Source: an uncultured Actinomycetota bacterium
GTDB lineage: Bacteria > Actinomycetota > Actinomycetes > Mycobacteriales > Mycobacteriaceae
Assembly (NCBI GenBank): GCA_963836555.1
Contig: CAWIKT010000024.1
Span: 5,431-69,430 of the forward strand
Direction: 5' to 3'
DNA: 64,000 nt
A model generated the notes under the pieces. It saw only the letters and a list, made by a program, of their open reading frames with translations. It was not told the origin of the DNA and searched no databases. The position numbers and the translations under genes were made by a program. Shown piece by piece: positions 10,466-21,232 of the stretch (positions are counted from its first letter, which is position 1; every line of letters begins with the position of its first letter).

Positions 10466-11197
10466 GTCGTACTGGCCATCGATACCTCGACACCCGCCGT
10501 GACAGCGGGTGTCGTCGCCGACGGCGAAGTGCTGGCCGAGCGGGTCAGCATCGATGCGCGCGCGCACGCCGAGCGGATCACCCCGAATGTGCTGGCCGCC
10601 TTGGCTGATGCCGGCCGTTCGATGGCCGACCTGGACGCGGTGGTGGTCGGTTGTGGCCCCGGGCCGTTCACCGGACTGCGGGTCGGGATGGCGACCGCGT
10701 CGGCGTACGGCCACGCGCTCGGCATCCCGGTGTACGGGGTGTGCAGCCTCGATGCCATCGGCTGCCAGACCCGCGGCGAGACACTGGTCGTCACTGACGC
10801 CCGTCGACGCGAAATCTATTGGGCGCGTTACCGCAACGGCGTTCGTATCGATGGCCCGGCCGTCAGCACACCGGCCGACGTCGACGCTGGGAGAGCGCAG
10901 GCCGTCGCCGGATCGCCGGATCACGCGTCGCGGTTCGGGCTGCCGTGTGTCGAACCGGTGTATCCCAACGCGGTCGGCCTGGTGCGCGCGGTGACGATGC
11001 GCGCCGATCCGGCGCGAGGAGGATCCGCGCCCGAGGGCTCGGCGGTGGCCGATTGGTCGCAGACGCCGGCCCCGCTGGTGCCGCTGTATCTTCGTCGCCC
11101 GGACGCCAAGACGCTGGCCGAGCGGGACGGCGATGCGGGCCGGAACGGCCCGAGGAGAAGTCACGCTCAGGGCCCGAGTCAGGCACCCGGCCGGTGA
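10457..11197 (+). CDS. tsaB: tRNA t6A biosynthesis protein, with an 18-aa internal insert and a C-terminal extension
   Basis: LAIDTST, HAERITP, GPGPFTGLRVG, DARRREIY, PLYLRRPDA. Confidence 0.95.
   Translation: MSRVVLAIDTSTPAVTAGVVADGEVLAERVSIDARAHAERITPNVLAALADAGRSMADLDAVVVGCGPGPFTGLRVGMATASAYGHALGIPVYGVCSLDAIGCQTRGETLVVTDARRREIYWARYRNGVRIDGPAVSTPADVDAGRAQAVAGSPDHASRFGLPCVEPVYPNAVGLVRAVTMRADPARGGSAPEGSAVADWSQTPAPLVPLYLRRPDAKTLAERDGDAGRNGPRRSHAQGPSQAPGR
10988..11047 (+). repeat. MIRU-type element, copy B: in-frame 54-bp insertion within tsaB
   Basis: GACGATG-CGCGCCG-ATC-CGGCGCG-AGGAGG; GCGGTG repeated at 10988 and 11042. Confidence 0.8.
11123..11197 (+). repeat. MIRU-type element, copy C, forming the TsaB C-terminal tail
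   Basis: GGCGATG-CGGGCCG-GAA-CGGCCCG-AGGAGA; ends in the GTGA overlap with rimI. Confidence 0.72.
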
Positions 11198-11694
11198 CCG
11201 TGACCATCGACGGGCTGACCGACTCCGACGCGCAGCGCTGCGCCGAGTTGGAGGCAATGCTGTTTCCCGGCGACGACCCTTGGCCCACAGTCGCATTCGT
11301 GCGTGAGCTGGCCGCCGACCACAACTACTACGTGGCGGCGCGCGAGGACGGCGTGCTGGTCGGCTACGGCGGCATCTCGCGGCTCGGCCGAACGCCACCC
11401 TTCGAATACGAAATCCACACGATCGGCGTCGACCCCGCCTACCAGGGGCGCGGCATCGGTCGACGGATGCTTGACGCGCTGCTGACGATCGCCGCGGACT
11501 CCGTCGTGCACCTGGAGGTCCGCACCGACAATCACGCGGCGATTGCGCTGTACCGCAGCGTGGGATTCACCGAAGTCGGCCTGCGCAAGCGGTATTACCG
11601 GGTCAGCGGCGCCGACGCGTACACCATGCGGCGGGAGGCGCCGCCCGCCGGCGACGATCCAGATGGCAGCGATGACGAGGAGCGGCAACTATGA
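11194..11694 (+). CDS. rimI: Ribosomal-protein-alanine N-acetyltransferase
   Basis: GNAT motif A (AYQGRGIG), [16 protein letters not shown]; GTGA and ATGA overlaps with tsaB and tsaD. Confidence 0.95.
   Translation: MTVTIDGLTDSDAQRCAELEAMLFPGDDPWPTVAFVRELAADHNYYVAAREDGVLVGYGGISRLGRTPPFEYEIHTIGVDPAYQGRGIGRRMLDALLTIAADSVVHLEVRTDNHAAIALYRSVGFTEVGLRKRYYRVSGADAYTMRREAPPAGDDPDGSDDEERQL
11640..11694 (+). repeat. Degenerate MIRU-type element, copy D, forming the acidic RimI tail
   Basis: GACGATCCAGATGGCAGCGATGACGAGGAGCGGC versus copy A GACGATGCAGAGCGCAGCGATGAGGAGGAGCGGC. Confidence 0.75.
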
Positions 11695-12722
11695 CGCCGA
11701 CAACGGTCCTGGCGATCGAAACATCGTGCGATGAAACAGGTGTCGGTATCGCCCGGCTCGAGGACGACGGAACGGTGACTTTGTTGGCAGACGAGGTCGC
11801 CTCCAGCGTCGACGAACATGTGCGGTACGGCGGCGTCGTGCCCGAGGTTGCATCGCGCGCGCACCTGGAAGCGCTCGGGCCGGCAATGCGCCGCGCCTTG
11901 GAGACCGCCGGCCTGACGAAGCCCGACATCGTCGCCGCCACCATCGGCCCGGGCCTCGCGGGTGCCCTGCTCGTGGGAGTGGCTGCGGCGAAAGCCTATT
12001 CGGCCGCATGGGACGTACCGTTCTACGCGGTCAACCATCTCGGGGGCCACCTCGCGGCCGACGTCTACGAGCACGGGCCACTGCCCGAGAGCGTGGCGCT
12101 GCTGGTATCCGGTGGTCATACCCACCTGTTGCATGTCCGGTCGCTCGGCGAGCCGATCGTCGAACTGGGCAGCACCGTCGACGACGCCGCGGGGGAGGCC
12201 TACGACAAGGTCGCCCGGCTGCTGGGGCTGGGCTATCCGGGTGGCAAAGCGCTCGACGAGCTCGCCCGGACCGGCGACCGGGATGCGATCGCCTTCCCGC
12301 GCGGCATGACCGGACCACGCGATGAGCCGCACGCGTTCAGCTTTTCCGGCCTGAAGACCGCGGTCGCGCGTTACGTCGAAAGCCACCCGGATGCCTCGAC
12401 CGCCGACATCGCCGCCGGCTTCCAGGAGGCGGTGGCCGATGTGCTGACCATGAAGGCGGTCCGCGCCGCCACTGAGTTGGGGGTTTCCACACTGCTGGTG
12501 GCCGGCGGAGTGGCCGCTAACTCGCGGCTTCGGGAGCTTGCCGAGCAGCGCTGTGCGGGGGCCGGGTTGACGCTGCGTATCCCGCGATTACGGCTGTGCA
12601 CCGACAACGGCGCGATGATCGCCGCGTTCGCCGCGCACCTGCTGGCCGCCGGCGCCTCGCCATCCCCGCTGGACGTGGCCAGTGACCCGGGACTTCCGGT
12701 GGTCAAAGGCCAAGTCGCCTGA
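11691..12722 (+). CDS. tsaD: tRNA N6-adenosine threonylcarbamoyltransferase
   Basis: [42 protein letters not shown]. Confidence 0.98.
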   Translation: MTPTTVLAIETSCDETGVGIARLEDDGTVTLLADEVASSVDEHVRYGGVVPEVASRAHLEALGPAMRRALETAGLTKPDIVAATIGPGLAGALLVGVAAAKAYSAAWDVPFYAVNHLGGHLAADVYEHGPLPESVALLVSGGHTHLLHVRSLGEPIVELGSTVDDAAGEAYDKVARLLGLGYPGGKALDELARTGDRDAIAFPRGMTGPRDEPHAFSFSGLKTAVARYVESHPDASTADIAAGFQEAVADVLTMKAVRAATELGVSTLLVAGGVAANSRLRELAEQRCAGAGLTLRIPRLRLCTDNGAMIAAFAAHLLAAGASPSPLDVASDPGLPVVKGQVA

Positions 12723-12737
12723 AGCACCGGCCCACCC

Positions 12738-12771
12738 TTGAGTGCTAGCACTCGCATGTATAGAGTGCTAG
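12738..12771 (+). promoter_or_regulatory. groES-groEL1 SigA-type promoter overlapped by a CIRCE (HrcA operator)
   Basis: TTGAGT(12738)-17 nt-TAGAGT(12761); CTAGCACTC-N9-GAGTGCTAG at 12745-12771. Confidence 0.93.
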
Positions 12772-12898
12772 GTGGCAATCGGCCGATCCGCGCGTCGGCA
12801 CCCGCGACGACGACGCGTAGGCACGGACGAAAGCCGAAACACCTGGTAAATCGGGGCAACCGCCCCGGACTTGACTAACTAAGTGGAGGGCTCCAATC

Positions 12899-13201
12899 GT
12901 GGCGAGCGTCAACATCAAGCCACTCGAGGACAAGATCCTCGTACAGGCCAACGAGGCCGAGACCACGACCGCATCCGGTCTGGTCATTCCCGACACCGCT
13001 AAGGAAAAGCCCCAGGAGGGCAAAGTCGTCGCCGTCGGCCCCGGCCGATGGGATGAGGACGGCTCGAAGCGGATTCCGCTGGACGTGGCTGAAGGTGACA
13101 CCGTCATCTACAGCAAGTACGGCGGCACCGAGATCAAGTACAACGGCGAGGAGTACCTGATCCTCTCGGCACGCGACGTGCTGGCTGTCGTCAGCAAGTA
13201 A
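12899..13201 (+). CDS. groES: Co-chaperonin GroES
   Basis: [26 protein letters not shown]; GGAGGG RBS. Confidence 0.99.
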   Translation: MASVNIKPLEDKILVQANEAETTTASGLVIPDTAKEKPQEGKVVAVGPGRWDEDGSKRIPLDVAEGDTVIYSKYGGTEIKYNGEEYLILSARDVLAVVSK

Positions 13202-13212
13202 GCAAACGTGTC

Positions 13213-14902
<1,690 letters not shown>

Positions 14903-14913
14903 CAACGTCTAAC

Positions 14914-14953
14914 CGCAACACCCCCGGTCCGCGCGGCCGGGGGTGTTGCGTTT
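14914..14953 (+). terminator. Intrinsic terminator after groEL1
   Basis: CGCAACACCCCCGG...CCGGGGGTGTTGCG followed by TTT. Confidence 0.85.
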
Positions 14954-15029
14954 GCTGTCTGCGCTTTCAGCCGGCTGCACCGCGTAACGTTGCCCGCACA
15001 TCGGGGGACTCGATAAGGAGCAGGACGCG

Positions 15030-15680
15030 ATGAGGGTTTCTCAGATGATGCTCGGCGGCCCACTGGCGGCGACGATGCTGGCCGCCTCGGTGGCCGGCTG
15101 CAGTAGCACTTCGTCGCCATCGACGACGAAGTCGGAATCGGCCACCGCAGCGACCACAACCGGGAGCCCAGGTCCCAACTCTTCGGCGACGGCGATGCCG
15201 AACGACTACACCGCGCTGCTGATCAAGGCGACAGATATCGATGCGCCGATGCCTTTCGTCGCCGGCCCGCCGATGAACAACCCCGATGATCAACCGGGCG
15301 CCGCGATAACCTTCAGCAGCCAACCACACCCCAAAGATCAGAACGGCGTCACAGTCAGGGACGTCCAGATCGTGGACACCATCCGAGTCCTGCCGGATTC
15401 GGCCGCTGCCACGTCCGCGCTGAACTCCGCAAGGACCGGACAGGGTGTGGTGAAAGACCCGAAATCGGATTCGGCAACTGTTGGCACCGGCGGAACCATC
15501 CTCTCGGGTACGTCACCGGACGGTTCGAAGGACCTGACGGTATTGATGTTCACCGAGGGCCGAGGTTTCGTCACGCTGAAGTTTGTTGGCGGGTCGGACT
15601 CGCCCCCGCCGCCGCCAGACTTCGTCACCGATGTCGGCCAGAAGCAAGATGCGGCAGTCAAGAAGGGGCTCGGCGGCTGA
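15030..15680 (+). CDS. Hypothetical lipoprotein
   Basis: AAGGAG RBS, signal peptide with lipobox VAGC, Ser/Thr-rich linker. Confidence 0.8.
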   Translation: MRVSQMMLGGPLAATMLAASVAGCSSTSSPSTTKSESATAATTTGSPGPNSSATAMPNDYTALLIKATDIDAPMPFVAGPPMNNPDDQPGAAITFSSQPHPKDQNGVTVRDVQIVDTIRVLPDSAAATSALNSARTGQGVVKDPKSDSATVGTGGTILSGTSPDGSKDLTVLMFTEGRGFVTLKFVGGSDSPPPPPDFVTDVGQKQDAAVKKGLGG

Positions 15681-15786
15681 CGGCATTTGAGGCAACGGTC
15701 GACGCCACTCTTTACATGGGTGTCTGCCCGGGCGGATAACGGCTCAGGCCAAGCGAATTCGCATCGACGGGTGGATAATCCCATCC

Positions 15787-16254
15787 ATGAGTATGGCCTA
15801 CCTCGCGCAACCGGATCAGCAGCAGCAATTGGAATGGCTCGACGGCGGCACCCTGGCGATCCTGCTCGACGGCAAGGTCACCGACGGCCAACTGATGGTC
15901 GGGCGCTTCGACGTCAGCGAGGGCGAAGCGCCGCCTTACCACAAGCACACCCGCGAGGACGAGGTCTTCATGCTCATCAAGGGCACTGCGCTGCTCTGGC
16001 TGAACGACCAGGAGATGGAGCTGTCCGAAGGCGGAATTGTGTTCCTGCCCAGGAACATTCCGCATGCTTACCGGATAACGTCGAAGAAGGCAGACCTACT
16101 GATGATCAACACTCCGGCCGGGATCGAGGGCATGTTCCGGCATGCCGGTCGCGACAAATCGACACCTCGCCCGGACGGTTTCGAGATCACCCCCGAGCGG
16201 ATGGCCGAGGGTGCGGATATGTACGGGCAGGTAATTCTCGGCCCGCCACGCTGA
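15787..16254 (+). CDS. Cupin-domain protein (quercetinase-like)
   Basis: PYHKHTREDE and PRNIPHAY cupin motifs with His/His/Glu/His ligands. Confidence 0.85.
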   Translation: MSMAYLAQPDQQQQLEWLDGGTLAILLDGKVTDGQLMVGRFDVSEGEAPPYHKHTREDEVFMLIKGTALLWLNDQEMELSEGGIVFLPRNIPHAYRITSKKADLLMINTPAGIEGMFRHAGRDKSTPRPDGFEITPERMAEGADMYGQVILGPPR

Positions 16255-16267
16255 CCGCTGGTTACGC

Positions 16268-17017
16268 CTAGCGGCCGGGCGGCAGGTACGTCGTCGTCAC
16301 CGTCGTGGTCGGGTAGGTGGTCGTCGGGCTGGTCACTGTGACGGTGCTGGTACTCGTGGTCGGCGGCGTGACCTCAACCGTTGTGGTGACGGTGGAGATG
16401 CTCGTGGTCGTCGTCGTCGACGACGTGGTGCTGGCCGAACCTGCCGCGATGACACCGCAGGCAACCCGCTTACCCGAGTCTGCGCCGGAGTTAGCGCTGA
16501 GGTTGTCGGCGTTTTGATGAACGACCAGCGAGGTGCCCTGATTGTTCCGCAGGTCGGCCGCGGTGAGCAGGCTCGTAGTGGTGACGAGCTTCGCCGATCC
16601 GTCGGGCCGGACCTGTAGCGCGGTCAGGTCACCGCTGGCAGGCGATCCGGTGTGGTCCGGCGCCTGGTAGACGGCACCCGCTGAGGCGAAGTCGCCCGAC
16701 GAATTGCCGCTTGGTCCAGTTGAATTGGGTTCACATTTCCCAACGGCGTGAACTTGCAGACCGTGGAATCCTGGACTGAGGACCTGATTGGGACCGGCTT
16801 CTACGGTGACCGTTGCATAGCCGTTGGCGAAATCGAAGGTCGCATTGGCGATCGTGCTGCCATCCGCGGCTTTCACTTGCGCCGTGATCCGCTCGGTGCC
16901 GGGTGGCGGCGACGACGACGACGTGGATTGTCCGCTGCCGCCCTGGCTCATACACCCGGCCAATGTCGCGATCGCCGCGGCCGATGCCGCGACACCAACT
17001 GCTTTGCCAGTATTCAT
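16268..17017 (-). CDS. SodC-like (Cu,Zn-SOD fold) lipoprotein with a degenerate metal site and Thr-rich tail
   Basis: Lipobox LAGC; PGFHGLQVHAVGKCE, ASGDL, GKRVACGVI; C-terminal Thr/Ser/Pro tract. Confidence 0.85.
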   Translation of the reverse strand: MNTGKAVGVAASAAAIATLAGCMSQGGSGQSTSSSSPPPGTERITAQVKAADGSTIANATFDFANGYATVTVEAGPNQVLSPGFHGLQVHAVGKCEPNSTGPSGNSSGDFASAGAVYQAPDHTGSPASGDLTALQVRPDGSAKLVTTTSLLTAADLRNNQGTSLVVHQNADNLSANSGADSGKRVACGVIAAGSASTTSSTTTTTSISTVTTTVEVTPPTTSTSTVTVTSPTTTYPTTTVTTTYLPPGR

Positions 17018-17026
17018 GGGCCGGGA

Positions 17027-17052
17027 TTACCCAGATTTGCTGTGGCTGAACC
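17027..17052 (-). promoter_or_regulatory. Possible SigF-type promoter of the SodC-like gene
   Basis: Minus strand GGTTC-N15-GGGTAA, ending 9 nt before the ATG. Confidence 0.45.
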
Positions 17053-17147
17053 GCAGGCGTTAACGCCGCCGCCCACGGCGTAGATGGGGCATTTGCCAGA
17101 TGCGCGCGTAGCGAGAGAGAGAACAATTCTCGGCGGGCGGAAACTCG

Positions 17148-17549
17148 TTAGAGTCCGACGATGACGATGACGACGCCGATCACGATCGCTACCGACAGCG
17201 ACACCAAGAGGAAATTGAAGACGGCTTCCTTGCCTTGTGATGCTTCGTGATCACCGGCGGCGATCGGTGCGAGTTTGCGGCCCGCGCCCCACGCCGCCGC
17301 GAGAAGCGTCCCCAGGCAGTTGGCATAGGCGGAGTACACGATCAACACCACCGCCGTCACCGCCCAGGCGTGGGGCAGGTGGACGTGTGGCCAGAGCACA
17401 CCGAGCAACGCGAGGAACATGCCGTTGAGCAGGCCCTCGAGGTGGCTGGTCAACCCCATCCGGGGGTTTGTCAGGATCGGAACGGCGAACCCGGCGAGCA
17501 GGCCTATCAGGAAGAGGATCAGCCCGAGCTTGAACAGCAACGTCTGCAT
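17148..17549 (-). CDS. hab: Hydroxylaminobenzene mutase family membrane protein (Rv3078/HabB-like)
   Basis: 133 aa, four hydrophobic helices; LFLIGLL, NPRMGLTSHLEGLLNGMF, YAN and WGAG..PIAA motifs recalled from HabB. Confidence 0.85.
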   Translation of the reverse strand: MQTLLFKLGLILFLIGLLAGFAVPILTNPRMGLTSHLEGLLNGMFLALLGVLWPHVHLPHAWAVTAVVLIVYSAYANCLGTLLAAAWGAGRKLAPIAAGDHEASQGKEAVFNFLLVSLSVAIVIGVVIVIVGL

Positions 17550-17719
17550 GTGGCGGATTTTAGGTGGGAGGGAATAGCCGCGGGCGCGGTTTGGCCGCGC
17601 TATGGGTTGGGTGACTGACACCAAATATGTGGTCAACGGTCCAACTCATAGCGTGGTTATCACGCAATAGATCGCCGATATGGCCTTTACATTGACGGGG
17701 GCAGCCGTAAAGTCCTAGC

Positions 17720-17733
17720 TGAGCGTCCGCTCA
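17720..17733 (+). promoter_or_regulatory. Palindromic operator candidate upstream of the 17763-20904 operon
   Basis: TGAGCG-TC-CGCTCA just downstream of TTTACA-16-TAAAGT; a second CCGCTCA half-site near 17740. Confidence 0.5.
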
Positions 17734-17762
17734 AGATTTCCGCTCAGGAGGAACGTCGCGAT

Positions 17763-18629
17763 TTGTCTGGACAGCTGCGAGACATCAGGGATTTCCTGGG
17801 CGACGCCGACGCCTACCGCGAAGAGCTGTACCGGCGCTGGACGGGCCTGCTGAGCTACCGCTACATCGGGCGCAACCACTCGTCGATGAACATCGGCGAC
17901 ACCGACGACACCTTCGTCATTCGCCGTGACATGCGCAACGAAGCCGGCGGAATCATGGTGGCGCCGTTGGCGATCGCCTCACCCGAAGGCTGTCAGACCG
18001 ACATGGTCGCGGTCCCCAACCCGGTGATCGCCTCGGTGCAGATCGTCGATCCCGGTTACGACGTGAAACGGGTCGAGATCGTCGATTCGGGCAACGTCCA
18101 CCAGGGTCGGATGATGGGCTACGGGCGGTGCAAGATCGTCGACGCCGATAACCCGGACCGAGTCATCGCGTTTAACGAGGGCCAAGGCGCGATCATCGGC
18201 ATTCCGCCGGAAGGCCTTGGCAAGATGGATGTTTCGGGCACCGAGCTGGTGATCGAGGATTCTCCCGCCCTGCCGCCGCTATGGCAGGCGTTCGGCGCCT
18301 CCAAACGCCCCGACGATCGGTGGCAGCTGCCGACCCTCAGTGTGGAGCTGGCCTCACCCGACGCGGCGCTGCACATCGGCCCGCAGCACGTGGTGCTCGA
18401 GACCGCCGCGATCGATCTGGCCGCCGAGGCGGCCGGAACCCGCAAGCTGCAGGTGGTGAGCTGGCACGTGATGTTCATGTCGCGCGGCAAGGTCGGCCCG
18501 TTCCGGGTGGACGGCACCGCGCACGTGGGCGGATCCGGCAAGGTCGGGGTGCGCATGCTGCTGCACGACGAGGGCAACGCCGACAAAGCGGTGACGTCCG
18601 CAGCGGCGATTTTCGAGATCGTCGGCTGA
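17763..18629 (+). CDS. Hypothetical protein, probable double hot-dog (thioesterase/dehydratase) fold
   Basis: 288 aa, AGGAGG RBS; two hot-dog-like halves (MRNEAGG and ALHIG..VVLETAA..GKVGPF). Confidence 0.65.
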   Translation: MSGQLRDIRDFLGDADAYREELYRRWTGLLSYRYIGRNHSSMNIGDTDDTFVIRRDMRNEAGGIMVAPLAIASPEGCQTDMVAVPNPVIASVQIVDPGYDVKRVEIVDSGNVHQGRMMGYGRCKIVDADNPDRVIAFNEGQGAIIGIPPEGLGKMDVSGTELVIEDSPALPPLWQAFGASKRPDDRWQLPTLSVELASPDAALHIGPQHVVLETAAIDLAAEAAGTRKLQVVSWHVMFMSRGKVGPFRVDGTAHVGGSGKVGVRMLLHDEGNADKAVTSAAAIFEIVG

Positions 18630-18640
18630 CCAGGGAGTCA

Positions 18641-19651
18641 ATGATGGCTAACGCCAAGGACGCTCGGCAGTGGGCGCGCAATTCGTTGCGCGGTATCGGC
18701 GACTCGCTGTACACCCCGTTCAGCGGTCGCGACGGCGACGACATCGACTGGGATGCCTACCGCACCTTGGTCCGGCACTGCGTGGGCACCCTCAACCACC
18801 CCATGCTGTGGGTCACCAGCGGTGTCGCGGAATTCTGGTCACTGACCATCGCTGAGCGAAAGACGTTGCTGGAGGTCGCCATTGACGAGGCTCGCAGCGT
18901 CGATCCCGGCGTGATCGTGCAGTCGTGCACCGCGGCGTTGTCGGCGAAGGATTGTCTGGAGCTGACCCAGCACGCCCAGGAAGTCGGCGCCGACATCGTC
19001 TACATTCAGACCCCGATGATGGAACTGCATGGCGGCGACGGCGTTTTGAGCTTCTTCTCCTACATCGCGGCCCGTACCGACATCGCGCTCGGGATGTTCA
19101 ACTCGCCCAGTTCGGGCTATGTGCTCTCCGCCCAGGAGAGCGCCCGAATCGTCGAGGAAGTCCCCGCGGTATGCGCCACCAAGGAGGGCTCATTCCGTCC
19201 GCATCAGAGCCGGATGCTGCACGAGCTCGCGCCGGATCTGGTGATCTGGGAATGCGATACGACGGTCTATCGTGCCGGTTGGCTGCGGTCCGGCATCGTC
19301 GGCCCGGCCCAACTCGGTACCACCGGCTACCTCTTCGAGACCGCGGAAAAGCGGGCGCTGTCCCAATATTGGGACCTGATCTGGAACGACAAGCTGCTTG
19401 AGGCAATGGATTTCGCCAAAGAATCCGGTCTCGACCAGTTCGAGCTCGACATGCGCGGCTGGTTCACCCGGTATCCCGGTCGGCCCGACTACTTCACCCA
19501 CTGGGGTGGTGCGTTCAAGTACGCCGCATCGGTTGTCGGGCTGCCAATCGGCTCCTACCCGGAATCCCGTCCGCCGCAGGCCAGGCTGCCCGAGCAGGCG
19601 CGCACCGACATCCGCGCGGCGTACCGTCGCTTCGGGCTGATCAGCGACTAA
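18641..19651 (+). CDS. DapA/NanA-superfamily class I aldolase/lyase
   Basis: YTPF, SGVAEFWSLT, GADIV, Schiff-base lysine in CATKEG. Confidence 0.85.
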   Translation: MMANAKDARQWARNSLRGIGDSLYTPFSGRDGDDIDWDAYRTLVRHCVGTLNHPMLWVTSGVAEFWSLTIAERKTLLEVAIDEARSVDPGVIVQSCTAALSAKDCLELTQHAQEVGADIVYIQTPMMELHGGDGVLSFFSYIAARTDIALGMFNSPSSGYVLSAQESARIVEEVPAVCATKEGSFRPHQSRMLHELAPDLVIWECDTTVYRAGWLRSGIVGPAQLGTTGYLFETAEKRALSQYWDLIWNDKLLEAMDFAKESGLDQFELDMRGWFTRYPGRPDYFTHWGGAFKYAASVVGLPIGSYPESRPPQARLPEQARTDIRAAYRRFGLISD

Positions 19652-19683
19652 CTGAAAACTATTGCGAAAACGGAGGATTCGTC

Positions 19684-20904
19684 ATGACTGACGCCAAACC
19701 ACTAAGCGGCATCCGCGTGCTAGAAGTCGCGGCCTGGACATTCGTCCCCGCGGCCGGCGCGGTGCTGGCCGAGTGGGGCGCCGACGTGATCAAGGTCGAG
19801 CCACGTGAAGGGGGCGACCCGCAACGCGGACTGGTCACCATGGGCCTCATCCCTGGCGGTCCGACCGCCGTCAACTACATGATCGAAATGCCCAACCGCG
19901 GAAAGCGATCCATCGGCATCGACCTAACCACGCCGGGCGGCCAGGAGGTCGTCCACGAACTGGCGAGATCCAGCGATGTGTTCCTCACCAGCTACCTGCC
20001 CAGCCGGCGTGATCACTTCGGGATCGGCATCGAGCAGATTCGCGCCGCCAACCCTGACATCATCTATGTCCGCGGATCCGGGTACGGGCCCGACGGCGTC
20101 GATGCCGATCGACCCGGCTATGACGGCGTCTCCTTCTGGTCACGCGGCGGAATTGCCGATGCGCTGACCCGCGAGCTGCCGGAGCCGGTCATGCAGACCC
20201 CGGCATTCGGTGACCTGATGGGCGGACTGACGATCGCGGGCGGAATCGCTGCCGCGCTGTACAAGCGCAAGGCGACCGGCGAGACCTCGGTCGTTGACGT
20301 GTCGCTGCTCGGCCTCGCGGCGTGGGCGATGACCCCGCAGGTGACGGCGGCCGATCTCTACGGCGGCGACCCGATTCCGACGTTCACCCATCGCGACATG
20401 CCCAACCCGCTGGTCGGCAATTACCAGACCAAGGACGGCCGCTTCATCACGCTGATGATGTTGCAGGGCGACAAGTTCTACCCCGAGTTCATGACGGTTA
20501 TCGGCCGAACGGACCTGATCACCGATGACCGGTTCTCCGACGGCCACAACCGTTTCCTGAACCGCGGCGAACTGATCGACATCATGGATGAGGAATTCGC
20601 CTCGAAGACCGTCGACCAGTGGCGTGAGATCCTCAAGCCGCTGTCCGGAGCGTGGGCCGTCCTGCAGAAGGCCAGCGAGTTACACGAAGACCCGGCCGTC
20701 ATCGCCAACGGATACATCCCCGAGGTGAAGGCGATGAACGGAAAGCCCTACATTCTGCCGACCAACCCCGTGCAGTTCGACGGGCATCATGTGCAGCCGA
20801 CCGGTGCGCCCGAACACGGGCAGCACACCGAGGAGATCCTGCTGGATGCCGGCGTCGACTGGGAAAAGATCGAGCAATACAAGCAGGACGGGTCGATCCT
20901 CTAG
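19684..20904 (+). CDS. Family III (CaiB/BaiF) CoA-transferase
   Basis: PLSGIRVLE, GADVIKVE, NRGKRSI, catalytic Asp in FGDLMGG, APEHGQHT. Confidence 0.93.
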   Translation: MTDAKPLSGIRVLEVAAWTFVPAAGAVLAEWGADVIKVEPREGGDPQRGLVTMGLIPGGPTAVNYMIEMPNRGKRSIGIDLTTPGGQEVVHELARSSDVFLTSYLPSRRDHFGIGIEQIRAANPDIIYVRGSGYGPDGVDADRPGYDGVSFWSRGGIADALTRELPEPVMQTPAFGDLMGGLTIAGGIAAALYKRKATGETSVVDVSLLGLAAWAMTPQVTAADLYGGDPIPTFTHRDMPNPLVGNYQTKDGRFITLMMLQGDKFYPEFMTVIGRTDLITDDRFSDGHNRFLNRGELIDIMDEEFASKTVDQWREILKPLSGAWAVLQKASELHEDPAVIANGYIPEVKAMNGKPYILPTNPVQFDGHHVQPTGAPEHGQHTEEILLDAGVDWEKIEQYKQDGSIL

Positions 20905-20923
20905 CGGACGACCCGTCCCGTTG

Positions 20924-21232
20924 CTAAGCGCTGCGGCGGATGCTGCGGGTCCGGCCGATGTCGCGCTTGAGTAGCAACTCGCGCTCGGTCTCGGACAGCC
21001 CGCCCCAGATTCCGTACGGCTCGCCCACATCGAGAGCGTGCGCACGGCACTGCGTCATCACCGGGCAGCTGCGGCACATCTCCTTGGCCCGACGCTCGCG
21101 CTGCAGCCGTGCCCGGCCGCGCTCACCGTCCGGGTGAAAGAACACCGACGAATCCACGCCGCGGCAAAGTCCCTGTAATTGCCAGTCCCAGATGTCTGCG
21201 TTGGGGCCTGGAAGTTGCTCTGGTTGCGGCAT
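20924..21232 (-). CDS. whiB3: Redox-sensing Fe-S transcription factor WhiB3
   Basis: MPQPEQLPGPNADIWDWQ, four cysteines, GIWGG. Confidence 0.98.
   Translation of the reverse strand: MPQPEQLPGPNADIWDWQLQGLCRGVDSSVFFHPDGERGRARLQRERRAKEMCRSCPVMTQCRAHALDVGEPYGIWGGLSETERELLLKRDIGRTRSIRRSA

Noticed and set aside
12737-12757. HspR HAIR operator at the groES promoter
   Set aside because: CTTGAGT is present, but the partner half-site is mismatched and one base too close; the -35 and CIRCE explain the sequence
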